Positions 1 through 10,813 of a stretch of DNA of 64,000 nt are shown piece after piece; the first letter of the stretch is position 1; each line of letters begins with the position of its first letter. This stretch comes from Eledone cirrhosa (Eukaryota). Under the pieces are notes generated by a model. The model was not told where the DNA came from. It saw nothing but the letters and a program-made list of their open reading frames with translations, and searched no databases. The stretch spans positions 372,001-436,000 of the forward strand of contig CAXHJY010000973.1 in assembly GCA_964016885.1 (NCBI GenBank). Direction: 5' to 3'. Both the position numbers and the translations under genes were made by a program.

Positions 1-172
1 AGATTCGCCAACACTACACCTAATATTCCCCCTCCATACACATACACACATGTATATCATGACTCATACACTATTCACTTCCCTGACATTTGTATATTAT
101 TCTATGTACTATACATGCACCTTTGATGAGTTGTAGTGCACCTGAGCACTGTACACAATAATTTCATTATAT
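1..172 (+). mobile_element. CR1-clade LINE 3' end (last codons EIRQHYT*, 3' UTR, short ATT tail); continues upstream of the window
   Basis: Near-identical to 9822-9993, which follows the 61-bp array, and to ~18735-18895. Ends TACACAATAATTTCATTAT. Confidence 0.85.
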
Positions 173-186
173 ATACAAACATTTAC

Positions 187-298
187 CTTTTTTATTACCA
201 CGACTGAGAGTACCAAGGACTCTGTATGTCTCGGAGTGTATAGCGTCCACTCTACTGGCATAGATTCTGGCACTAGCATCCAGTGTTGTACCTGCTAC
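187..298 (-). CDS. NCAPH: Condensin complex subunit 2 (CAP-H kleisin), coding exon 4; the gene continues beyond the left edge
   Basis: Bounded by cattacAG and GTaaat; 112 nt. Translates VAGTTLDASARIYASRVDAIHSETYRVLGTLSRGNKK, matching the CAP-H motif [31 protein letters not shown]. Confidence 0.95.
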
Positions 299-689
299 CT
301 GTAATGATTCAAACATCACATTCTAATAGACATATATGTATTTACTCTTTTACCTGCTCCAGCCATCTGGCTGAGGCCATGCTGGGGCACTGCCCTTGTG
401 TAGAATTTAAACAAACAATCTAATAGAAATATCAGAGCCAAATCTCCCTCAAACATTAGACAATATAGTCCTAGATTCACTGCACATATAAAAAAGACAG
501 GATGGTCACAACTGGAATTCTTTTGACCCTACAAAGATGACTACACAATAACTCGACATGTTAAAAATAAAAGCTTTAGAAAAGAAAGACACACTGAATA
601 ATGTAGTCCAAGGTGAACTGTGCCTGAGGGAGAAAAAAACAAGATAGTCACGGCTGGATTGCCCGACCTTTTTCTATTCATCACACATA

Positions 690-825
690 AAACAGTATTC
701 ACCTCACACACACACACATATTCACCTCACACACACATATTCACCACACACACACACACACACACAAAACAGTATTCACCTCACACACACACACACAAAA
801 AACAGTATCCACCACACACACACAT
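690..825 (+). repeat. Compound (CA)n / TATTCACC(T/A)CACAC microsatellite in an NCAPH intron
   Basis: Visible CA runs with recurring AGTATTCACC spacers; explains the T/H-rich ORF 620-895. Confidence 0.85.
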
Positions 826-890
826 GCAGACTAACCAAGATGTTTTGCTGTCAAGAGCCCCTATTTGGTCCACACTATTTCCAATGACTC

Positions 891-1022
891 ATTAGGAGCC
901 ACTGAAATATAGAGGCTGACCAGCTTCCTCAAAAATACAAATAATGCGAGACTCACCTGAAAATTTCCCAGTTTCTTCCCTTAGAGTAAATCAGTGACAC
1001 AGTTGATGAGGTGAAGGGTAAA
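891..1022 (-). pseudogene. Degenerate tandem duplicate (~131 bp) of the 3' part of NCAPH coding exon 3 plus its donor and downstream intron
   Basis: Aligns to 1022-1153. Translates FTLHLINCVTDLL*GKKLGNFQ followed by GTGAGT. It has an in-frame TAA and lacks the original acceptor. Confidence 0.85.
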
Positions 1023-1087
1023 TTAGGGACCACTGAGATATAGAGACTAACCAGCTCCCTCACAAATAGAAAGAACAAGAGTCTTAC

Positions 1088-1174
1088 CTGAAAATCTCCC
1101 AGTTTCTTCCCTTTCAGCAAATCAGTCATACAGTCAATGAGATGAAGGGTAAAAGCATTCTTTGTGGTGATTTT
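1088..1174 (-). CDS. NCAPH: NCAPH coding exon 3
   Basis: Bounded by actttAG and GTaaga; 87 nt, phase 0/0. KITTKNAFTLHLIDCMTDLLKGKKLGDFQ matches CAP-H KITTKNAFGLHLIDFM...NF. Confidence 0.95.
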
Positions 1175-1567
1175 CTAAAGTCAGGAAATAAAACAATAGT
1201 TCTAACTCGTTTGGTACTCTATTTCTAATGAAATATATTGTCTATTTATAGCAATTAATTTAGGAAAACTTCAATTTAAAGAGATAACTAAATTTTATAT
1301 TAGTAAGCTGATATTTGAAACATTATTTAAACAAAAATTTCTAATATTAAAACCTTCCATCATAGTTTTATTTCAGTATAAACAATTTCACTGAAAGTGG
1401 GTTGTTTAGTGGTTAGAGAATTGGATTCACAGTTGCGAGTTTGACTTCAGGACCAAGCAACATCATCATTATCATCACTGAATTAGTGACATCATCATCA
1501 TGACATCCACTCTTCCATGCTGGCATGGGATCGTTTGAAACTGCTACTCATTTTCAAGTGAGTATAT

Positions 1568-1686
1568 TGGAGTAACATGAAATGAAGTGTTTTGCTCAAG
1601 AACACAACACCATGTCTAGGAATCAAACCCACAACATTATGATCATAAACCCAACACCCCTAACCGCTAGGCTACATGCCTTCACT
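1568..1686 (-). mobile_element. tRNA-derived SINE 5' part (octopus OR-like)
   Basis: Minus strand has A-box TAGCCTAGCGGTTAGG, B-box GGTTTGATTCC, then GTGTTCTTGAGCAAAACACTT central domain. Confidence 0.7.
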
Positions 1687-1784
1687 ATAAACAAATGCAA
1701 GTAAGAGCTGTGATAGCAATATAATGTAGAGGGTGGCTGGAAATAAACTCCCAATTGAAAATTACTTATAACTTTTGGCCTACT

Positions 1785-2140
1785 GTGACCACTTGGGACA
1801 TCAATAAGCTCAGATTCATGTAAGGTGGATCACCTCCGTGAGTGACTTGACGTCCAATTTCCAGGACATTGGCTGGGTTGTCAAGGTCCACATTAATGGC
1901 CAGCAACAAGCTCTGACTTAACACCATATGATATATTTCATGTTGGAGTGAAGGAAGAAGTTTATAGCTGACCAACATACCAGTTGAGTTACTGATGAGG
2001 TCAGTTGAAGATATAGCCAGACTATTACAAACAGTGGTAGACAACACTGGTACCTATGTAGATTTTTAACATTTTACTGTACTTCTATATCATACTGTAC
2101 AAAATAAAACATGTTTTATGAAAATTGACCAATAATTAAT
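1785..2140 (+). mobile_element. Decayed Tc1/mariner transposase relic (C-terminal catalytic region)
   Basis: Translation across stops and frameshifts gives FM*GGSP..RE*LDVQFPGHWLGCQGPH*WPATSSDLTPYD..VKEEVY. This resembles the FMQDGAPPH..FPGRWIG..WP.RSPDLTP.D motif. Confidence 0.75.
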
Positions 2141-2143
2141 GAA

Positions 2144-2388
2144 GTTCTTCTTCTCCCACATATTCCTGAAAGGGTCGTGGGGTCAGAGTCTTCACACACT
2201 CCTTCCAGCGGGTCCTGTCAGAAGCAACTGTTTCCAGCTAATCCGGCTGGATCCCCAAAATGAGACCAGACAAGCTCATGGATGTTATCTAACCATCTTA
2301 CTCGGCGTCTACCCCTGGGTCTCTTGCCTGTTGGTTTTGCCCATAAAATATGTCCATCGATTCTTTCCTGAGACATTCTAACCATATA
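2144..2388 (-). mobile_element. RTE-clade LINE 3' end (Rex3/Expander-like)
   Basis: MVRMSQERIDGHILWAKPTGKRPRGRRRVRWLDNIHELVWSH..ETVASDRTRWKECVKTLTPRP followed by a (GAA)n tail. Confidence 0.85.
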
Positions 2389-2446
2389 GTTATTAACAGT
2401 TTTAAATAGGGAGTTTCTTTCCAGCCAGTCTGTAGTTCATACTCAC

Positions 2447-2543
2447 ATTTTCAGCATTCATTTCCACACAGTTAGCGTAATGTTCGGTTAGCTGTGACGA
2501 ACTGAGGCCTTTTAACGGGTTGATGACACTGTCATTGCTGGTA
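2447..2543 (-). CDS. NCAPH: NCAPH coding exon 2
   Basis: Bounded by ttgacAG and GTgagt; 97 nt, phase 2/0. TSNDSVINPLKGLSSSQLTEHYANCVEMNAEN matches CAP-H QITEHYSTCIKLSTEN and joins both neighbouring exons in frame. Confidence 0.93.
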
Positions 2544-2613
2544 CTGTCAAACAATAGATATATTGATATAATTAGATAGATGGGTGAGGGTTGTAAGGGA
2601 ACAACAGATAGAT

Positions 2614-3432
2614 AGTTGGGGTGGTGTGTAGACTGTTGGGGTGGTGTGTAGACTGTTCGGGTGGTGTGTAGACTGTTGGGGAGGTGTGTAGACTGTTGGG
2701 GAGGTGTGTAGACTGTTGGGGTGGTGTGTAGACTGTTGGGGTGGTGTGTAGACTGTTGGGGTGGTGTGTAGACTGTTGGGGTGGTGTGTAGACTGTTGGG
2801 GTGGTGTGTAGACTGTTGGGGTGGTGTGTAGACTGTTGGGGTGGTGTGTAGACTGTTGGGGAGGTGTGTAGACTGTTGGGGAGGTGTGTAGACTGTTGGG
2901 GAGGTGTGTAGACTGTTGGGGTGGTGTGTAGACTGTTGGGGAGGTGTGTAGACTGTTCGGGTGGTGTGTAGACTGTTCGGGTGGTGTGTAGACTGTTGGG
3001 GTGGTGTGTAGACTGTTGGGGTGTTGTGTAGAGTGTTGGGGTGGTGTGTAGACTGTTGGGGTGGTGTGTAGACTGTTGGGGTGGTGTGTAGACTGTTGGG
3101 GAGGTGTGTAGACTGTTGGGGAGGTGTGTAGACTGTTGGGGAGGTGTGTAGACTGTTGGGGTGGTGTGTAGACTGTTGGGGTGGTGTGTAGACTGTTGGG
3201 GAGGTGTGTAGACTGTTGGGGAGGTGTGTAGACTGTTCGGGTGGTGTGTAGACTGTTGGGGTGGTGTGTAGACTGTTGGGGTGGTGTGTAGACTGTTGGG
3301 GTGGTGTGTAGACTGTTGGGGTGGTGTGTAGACTGTTGGGGTGGTGTGTAGACTGTTGGGTAGTGTGTAGACTGTTGGGGTAGTGTGTAGACTGTTGGGG
3401 TGGTGTGTAGACTGTTGGGGAGGTGTGTAGAC
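2614..3432 (+). repeat. 20-bp G-rich minisatellite G(T/A)GGTGTGTAGACTGTTGGG, ~41 copies, intronic
   Basis: Directly visible 20-bp period; source of the spurious 311-aa ORF 2572-3507. Confidence 0.97.
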
Positions 3433-3823
3433 AGGTGGACAGGATGACATGTAGATAGACATTGCTGTTACTTTTCTTGTCTGGCTGCTGTGCTGCCCAC
3501 TAACCATCTACAGCAGACATGTCAAACATACGACCCACATGTGGCCCTTTACAAGCACAGCCATGGCCCACACAAAAGATTTTACAGCATGAGTGCAATA
3601 TGAAATAAAAAATATTAGTTGTAATGTGTGGCCCTCAGACAACACGACACATGTGGCCCCCAGACAACACATGACACATGTGGCTGTCGGGGGAGCCTCA
3701 GTTTCACATGCCTCGTCTATAGGGTTGTACATCTTCTCAGCACCTATCAAAGCTGGGTTTGTTGTTTTTGTTATAAATTAAACTACAACAAAGTGAGAAA
3801 GAGAGATGTCTTCCATACTTTTA

Positions 3824-3988
3824 TCTCATCTCTCTCCACCCCTCTCCCCTCTCTCTCCACCCCTCTCATCTCCCTCTCCACCTCTCTCATCTCTCTCTCC
3901 ACCTCTCTCATCTCTCTCTCTCCACCCCTCTCATCTCTCTCTCCACCCCTCTCATCTCTCTCTCCACCCCACTCTCTCTCTCTCTCTG
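3824..3988 (+). repeat. CT-rich ~21-bp degenerate tandem repeat (CTCTCATCTCTCTCTCCACCC)
   Basis: Visible periodic pyrimidine tract. Confidence 0.85.
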
Positions 3989-4024
3989 GGGACAACATCA
4001 TAAAAAAACAAGAAAGAGTCATAC

Positions 4025-4212
4025 TTTGGACTGGCTGTACGGATTGATGACTGGTTGGTGAAGTGTCTATTCTGTATTTCCATCACCATTGATTTACGTC
4101 TCTCTCGCAGTTCTGCAGCATCATTCCTCTTAGTTGGTAAGGCAGGGGTACCAACACTGAGTCTTCTTGACCCAGGAGAACCCCTCACAGGAGTCACAAA
4201 TAACTCTCCCAT
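4025..4212 (-). CDS. NCAPH: NCAPH first coding exon (whole exon 4025-4226, including 14 nt of 5' UTR)
   Basis: Acceptor ttttttatAG at 4227-4228, in-frame TAA just upstream of ATG 4212, donor AA|GTatga (phase 2). MGELFVTPVRGSPGSRRLSVGTPALPTKRNDAAELRERRKSMVMEIQNRHF resembles CAP-H NDDEKERLQRRRSRVFDLQF. Confidence 0.9.
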
Positions 4213-4330
4213 CTTTTAAGTCAACACTATAAAAAATAGAAAGAAAATACAACGATAATAACACACCACGTTTGTATATTTATATATCTGTCTGTAACTC
4301 TTTTCAATTTACACATAATGTATTGCCTAC

Positions 4331-4489
4331 CTGTTATGTTGCTACATCGGCATCTGATTGTTGGGAGGGTCATGTCACATGACTCCCATGTGTGAGATAT
4401 GCTAATTAGGTCCTGTATTGGTACCCCACCTCCATGGAAAAAGATAAAGATGTCCCAAGATGGACTGGGGGCAGACAATCGACAGAAAC
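4331..4489 (-). other. NCAPH: Probable non-coding 5'-UTR exon of NCAPH (159 nt)
   Basis: Branch-like CTAAC plus ttttgttgacagatttcAG acceptor; donor CAG|GTAGGC. No protein homology supports it. Confidence 0.5.
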
Positions 4490-4520
4490 CTGAAATCTGT
4501 CAACAAAAGTTAGAACAATG

Positions 4521-5928
4521 TATTGTTAGATGGAACTGACCGTGGTCATTGGAACACTTTGGCTGCCTCATGTGTCTCAAGATGTAGGATATATTGTTAG
4601 ATGGAACTGACCGTGGTCATTGGAACACTTTGGCTGCCTCATGTGTCTCAAGATGTAGGATATATTGTTAGATGGAACTGACCGTGGTCATTGGAACACT
4701 TTGGCTGCCTCATGTGTCTCAAGATGTAGGATATATTGTTAGATGGAACTGACCGTGGTCATTGGAACACTTTGGCTGCCTCATGTGTCTCAAGATGTAG
4801 GATATATTGTTAGATGGAACTGACCGTGGTCATTGGAACACTTTGGCTGCCTCATGTGTCTCAAGATGTAGGATATATTGTTAGATGGAACTGACCGTGG
4901 TCATTGGAACACTTTGGCTGCCTCATGTGTCTCAAGATGTAGGATATATTGTTAGATGGAACTGACCGTGGTCATTGGAACACTTTGGCTGCCTCATGTG
5001 TCTCAAGATGTAGGATATATTGTTAGATGGAACTGACCGTGGTCATTGGAACACTTTGGCTGCCTCATGTGTCTCAAGATGTAGGATATATTCATAGATT
5101 GAACTGACCGTGGTCATTGGAACACTTTCGCTGCCTCATGTGTCTCAAGATGTAGGATATATTCATAGATTGAACTGACCGTGGTCATTGGAACACTTTC
5201 GCTGCCTCATGTGTCTCAAGATGTAGGATATATTGTTAGATGGAACTGACCGTGCTCATTAGAACACTTTGGCTGCCTCATGTGTCTCAAGATGTAGGAT
5301 ATATTGATAGATGGAACTGACCGTGCTCATTAGAACACTTTGGCTGCCTCATGTGTCTCAAGATGTAGGATATATTCATAGATGGAACTGACCGTGGTCA
5401 TTGGAACACTTTGGCTGCCTCATGTGTCTCAAGATGTAGGATATATTGTTAGATGGAACTGACCGTGGTCATTGGAACACTTTGGCTGCCTCATGTGTCT
5501 CAAGATGTAGGATATATTGTTAGATGGAACTGACCGTGGTCATTGGAACACTTTGGCTGCCTGTGTCTCAAGATGTAGGATATATCGTTAGATGGAACTG
5601 ACTGTGGTCATTGGAACACTTTAGCTGCCTCATGTGTCTCAAGATGTAGGATATATTGTTAGATGGAACTGACCGTGGTCATTGGAACACTTTGGCTGCC
5701 TCATGTGTCTCAAGATGTAGGATATATTGTTAGATGGAACTGACCGTGCTCATTGGAACACTTTGGCTGCCTCATGTGTCTCAAGATGTAGGATATATTC
5801 ATAGATGGAACTGACCGTGGTCATTGGAACACTTTGGCTGCCTCATGTGTCTCAAGATGTAGGATATATTGTTAGATGGAACTGACCGTGGTCATTGGAA
5901 CACTTTGGCTGCCTCATGTGTCTCAAGA
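4521..5928 (+). repeat. 71-bp tandem array (~20 copies) derived from an RTE-like LINE C-terminus
   Basis: Unit TATTGTTAGATGGAACTGACCGTGGTCATTGGAACACTTTGGCTGCCTCATGTGTCTCAAGATGTAGGATA. The last copy reads through to DGTDRGHWNTLAASCVSRHKSF* (stop 5941-5943), like RTE ends A.DR..W..L.AA.C..RH. Confidence 0.9.
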
Positions 5929-6200
5929 CACAAGAGCTTCTAAATCAAGGTAAGTCATGTTGGTACACTAAAAAGCCCACCTCCCAATCAGAAGGTCCTA
6001 AGTTCTAACCCTACATTTATCTCCCTATAAATAATTATTTCTCCAAAGTAACTCGCACGTTTTAATCCCGTATAAAGAAAGTTTATGTAATTATATCTCA
6101 GAAATATATTTTTTAAATATCATTTTCATTTTTAATCACTTCCATATGCCAGTAATCAACATAGACTATAAGGTTTCTCTTATGAAAATCATTAATTTAT

Positions 6201-6350
6201 CTTCTTCACCCACTTATTCCTGAGAGGGTTGTGGGGTCAGAGTCTTGAAACACTCCTTCCAGTGGGTCCTGTCAGACATTGCTGTCACCAGTTGATCAGG
6301 CTGGATCCCCAAGCAAGACCAGCCAACCTCATGGATGTTATCCAACCATC
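6201..6350 (-). mobile_element. Second copy of the RTE 3' end (same family as 2144-2388)
   Basis: Clear nucleotide similarity: TATTCCTGA.AGGGT.GTGGGGTCAGAGTCTT...CTCATGGATGTTATC.AACCATC. Confidence 0.85.
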
Positions 6351-6584
6351 AATTTATCAAAACACAAATTTCCAAGTTTGCGTGATTGTTCATATACCCA
6401 GTAATCCTGGTATATATGACATAATTGCTGGCCTTGTGCCTAAGAAACCATTATTGATGGTACTGGTCCACTAATCCTGGACTCCTAAAACTAACTATGT
6501 CCAATGCTATAGCTGTCATTATTGACAGCACTGGTCCACTAACCCTGGTATATATGGTATACCAATCCTGGACTCCTAAAACAA

Positions 6585-7047
6585 TTTACCGTAGGATATC
6601 CATTATGTCTGTTGTAGACAAGGTCTAATATAGGATCATACTGGACAGGCACCTTGACAATATCGCTGATGAAATCCTTCCTGAATCTCAGTGTGGCTTT
6701 AGAAATGTTAGGGAGACAACAGACATGATCTTTATGGTGAAACAGCTGCAGGAAAAATGTATTGAGCAGAGGCTGGACCTATATCAGATGTTTATTGATC
6801 TGACAAAGGCCTTTGATACAGTCAATAGAATTGCCCTGTGGAAGATTATGAAGAAACTTGGGACACAAATTTGTCTCTGAGTTGAGAGGTTTCAATGATG
6901 GAATGAAGGCAAGTGTTAATGTGGCTGGTAAGCTCTCTGATCCCATTGTGGTTCAAAATAGTGTTAAGCAAGAGGACATTCCAGCACCAACTCTGTTTGC
7001 GTTGTATTTTGCTATGGTTTTCTTGAAGCCTTTTGAAGGTTGCTCTG
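6585..7047 (+). mobile_element. RTE (BovB-like) LINE reverse transcriptase fragment, decayed
   Basis: YRRISIMSVVDKV*YRIILDR..ILPESQCGFR..TTDMIF.VKQLQEKCIEQ..FIDLTKAFDTVNR.ALWKIMKKLG..VKQEDIPAPTLF. Confidence 0.92.
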
Positions 7048-9814
7048 CACTGCATCTTTAAAACCTCCATGGAACAAACTACGTGCATCAGTTGTTAGCT
7101 GTCGAGACACTGCATCCTTTAAAACCTCCATGGAACAAACTACCTGCATCAGTTGTTAGCTGTCGAGACACTGCATCCTTTAAAACCTCCATGGAACAAA
7201 CTACCTGCATCAGTTGTTAGCTGTCGAGACACTGCATCCTTTAAAACCTCCATGGAACAAACTACCTGCATCAGTTGTTAGCTGTCGAGACACTGCATCC
7301 TTTAAAACCTCCATGGAACAAACTACCTGCATCAGTTGTTAGCTGTCGAGACACTGCATCTTTAAAACCTCCATGGAACAAACTACCTGCATCAGTTGTT
7401 AGCTGTCGAGACACTGCATCCTTTAAAACCTCCATGGAACAAACTACGTGCATCAGTTGTTAGCTGTCGAGACACTGCATCCTTTAAAACCTCCATGGAA
7501 CAAACTCCCTGCATCAGTTGTTAGTTGTCGAGACACTGCATCCTTTAAAACCTCCATGGAACAAACTACGTGCATCAGTTGTTAGCTGTCGAGACACTGC
7601 ATCCTTTAAAACCTCCATGGAACAAACTACCTGCATCAGTTGTTAGTTGTCCAGACACTGCATCCTTTAAAACCACCATGGAACAAACTACCTTCATCAG
7701 TTGTTAGTTGTCCAGAGACTGCATCCTTTAAAACCTCCATGGAACAAACTACCTGCATCAGTTGTTAGCTGTCGAGACACTGCATCTTTTAAAACCTCCA
7801 TGGAACAAACTACCTGCATCAGTTGTTAGCTGTCGAGACACTGCATCCTTTAAAACCTCTATGGAACAAACTACCTGCATCAGTTGTTAGCTGTCCAGAC
7901 ACTGCATCCTTTAAAACCTCCATGGAACACACTCCCTGCATCAGTTGTTAGCTGTCGAGACACTGCATCCTTTAAAACCTCTATGGAACAAACTACCTGC
8001 ATCAGTTGTTAGCTGTCGAGACACTGCATCCTTTAAAACCTCCATGGAACAAACTACGTGCATCAGTTGTTAGCTGTCGAGACACTGCATCTTTAAAACC
8101 TCCATGGAACAAACTACCTGCATCAGTTGTTAGCTGTCGAGACACTGCATCCTTTAAAACCTCCATGGAACAAACTACGTGCATCAGTTGTTAGCTGTCG
8201 AGACACTGCATCCTTTAAAACCTCCATGGAACAAACTCCCTGCATCAGTTGTTAGTTGTCGAGACACTGCATCCTTTAAAACCTCCATGGAACAAACTAC
8301 GTGCATCAGTTGTTAGCTGTCGAGACACTGCATCCTTTAAAACCTCCATGGAACAAACTACCTGCATCAGTTGTTAGTTGTCCAGACACTGCATCCTTTA
8401 AAACCACCATGGAACAAACTACCTTCATCAGTTGTTAGTTGTCCAGAGACTGCATCCTTTAAAACCTCCATGGAACAAACTACCTGCATCAGTTGTTAGC
8501 TGTCGAGACACTGCATCTTTTAAAACCTCCATGGAACAAACTACCTGCATCAGTTGTTAGCTGTCGAGACACTGCAACCTTTAAAACCTCTATGGAACAA
8601 ACTACCTGCATCAGTTGTTAGCTGTCCAGACACTGCATCCTTTAAAACCTCCATGGAACACACTCCCTGCATCAGTTGTTAGCTGTCGAGACACTGCATC
8701 CTTTAAAACCTCCATGGAACAAACTACCTGCATCAGTTGTTAGCTGTCGAGACACTGCATCCTTTAAAACCTCCATGGAACAAACTACCTGCATCAGTTG
8801 TTAGCTGTTGAGACACTGCATCCTTTAAAACCTCCATGGAACAAACTACGTGCATCAGTTGTTAGCTGTCGAGACACTGCATCTTTTAAAACCTCCATGG
8901 AACAAACTCCCTGCATCAGTTGTTAGCTGTCGAGACACTGCATCCTTTAAAACCTCCATGGAACAAACTACCTGCATCAGTTGTTAGCTGTCGAGACACT
9001 GCATACTTTAAAACCTCGATGGAACAAACTCCCTGCATCAGTTGTTAGCTGTCGAGACACTGCATCCTTTAAAATCTCCATGGAACAAACTCCCTGCATC
9101 AGTTGTTAGCTGTCGAGACACTGCATCCTTTAAAATCTCCATGGAACAAACTACCTTCATCAGTTGTTAGCTGTCGAGACACTGCATCCTTTAAAACCTC
9201 CATGGAACAAACTACCTGCATCAGTTGTTAGCTGTCGAGACACTGCATCCTTTAAAACCTCCATGGAACACACTCCCTGCATCAGTTGTTAGCTGTCGAG
9301 ACACTGCATCCTTTAAAACCTCCATGGAACAAACTACCTGCATCAGTTGTTAGCTGTCGAGACACTGCATCCTTTAAAACCTCCATGGAACAAACTACCT
9401 GCATCAGTTGTTAGCTGTCGAGACACTGCATCCTTTAAAACCTCCATGGAACACACTCCCTGCATCAGTTGTTAGCTGTCGAGACACTGCACCCTTTAAA
9501 ACCTCCATGGAACAAACTACCTGCATCAGTTGTTAGTTGTCGGGACACTGCATCCTTTAAAACCTCCATGGAACAAACTACTTGCATCAGTTGTTAGCTG
9601 TCCAGACACGGCATCCTTTAAAACCTCCATGGAACAAACCACCTGCAGCAGTTATTAGCTGTTGAGACACTGCATCCTTTAAAACCTCCATGGAACAAAC
9701 TACCAGCATCAGTTGTTAGCTGTCCAGACACTGCATCCTTTAAAACCTCCATGGAACAAACTACCTGCATCAGTTGTTAGCTGTCGAGACACTGCATCCT
9801 TTAAAACCTCCATG
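7048..9814 (+). repeat. 61-bp CR1-derived satellite, small array (~45 copies) within the probable NCAPH intron 1
   Basis: Monomer TGGAACAAACTACCTGCATCAGTTGTTAGCTGTCGAGACACTGCATCCTTTAAAACCTCCA. Contains an internal 12-mer duplication (variants recur 731 bp apart, e.g. 7271 vs 8002). Confidence 0.98.
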
Positions 9815-9993
9815 CTTCCTGAGATTTGCCAACACTGCACCTAATATTCCCCCTCCATACACACACATGTATATCATGACTCATACACTACTCACTTCCC
9901 TGACATTTGGATATTATTCTATGTACTATACATGCACCTTTAATGAGTTGTAGTGCACCTGAGCACTGTACACAATAATTTCATTATTATTAT
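9815..9993 (+). mobile_element. CR1 LINE 3' terminus contiguous with the array (..SMLPEICQHCT*, 3' UTR, (ATT)n tail)
   Basis: The last monomer continues CATGCTTCCTGAGATTTGCCAACACTGCACCTAA and ends TTTCATTATTATTAT. Confidence 0.9.
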
Positions 9994-10360
9994 AACTTCG
10001 TCACTTTCTGTACAGTAAGTCGTTAATTTTGGGTTTTCTTTTACAGTCGTTATATATACAGATCACATGTGTGTGTATATATATATAGACAGAGAGATTG
10101 ATAGATAGATGTGTGCAGATTGAACCCAAAATAATCAACCTTGACAATATTTTCGAGGTTTGACATTTTAGATAGAAACATAAGAGATGTTTCATATAAC
10201 AAATATATATTAAATAGAAATACAGTGACATATATAATTAATTATTTCTAGGGAATCTATAAATATTATACACAACAAATATATAGTAAGAGAAAATATA
10301 CGATGAAATAAGTGACACATAACGGAGTGTATACATACATATATATACATACATATACAT

Positions 10361-10635
10361 ATAATGGGAGAGGAGGGGATTTAATTAAAATACTTATAAT
10401 CTACACAAAATAACATTACAAATGCTTAAATAACATAAATTGCTCGCGATTCTTTCAGAAGGATATACAAATAATTGACACATAACAGAGTGTATACACT
10501 CTATTTAAGCATTTGTAATATTATTTTGTGTAGATTATAAGTATTTTAATTAAATCCCCTCCTCTCCCGTTATATATATATATATATATATAACGGGAGA
10601 GGAGGGGATTTAATTAAAATACTTATAATCTACAC
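10361..10635. repeat. Forward-reverse-forward triplication, including a perfect ~108-bp palindrome (10528-10635) centred on (TA)n
   Basis: GGGAGAGGAGGGGATTTAATTAAAATACTTATAATCTACAC occurs at ~10366 (+), ~10528-10568 (-) and ~10595 (+). Confidence 0.9.
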
Positions 10636-10813
10636 CATAGAAAATATATCGTTAAAATGTAAAATATATATCATTAAGAAAATTATGAGAAAACAAAGTA
10701 GTGAGGCACTAAACTATATTTATAGCTAGTCTAATAACTAAATAGTTTAATTATAATGAGAGATTTAATTTAATTAAAATATAAACTGGGTAAAATAATA
10801 AAAGTTTACTTAC

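Noticed and set aside
1766-2047. 93-aa minus-strand ORF as an extra NCAPH exon
   Set aside because: No CAP-H similarity; the flanking exons already join in frame; the plus strand is a mariner relic.
2572-3507. 311-aa T/P/H-rich ORF resembling a mucin or adhesive protein
   Set aside because: It is a translation of the 20-bp minisatellite lying within an NCAPH intron.
3510-3685. Possible hAT-type MITE (CATGTCAAAC..TGTGGCCC repeats)
   Set aside because: Matching terminal repeats and target duplication could not be established.
7048-9814. CTAAC...TGCAG|GTAG in each monomer on the NCAPH sense strand as recursive splice sites
   Set aside because: There is no polypyrimidine tract and the branch-to-AG distance is only ~12 nt; unsupported without RNA data.
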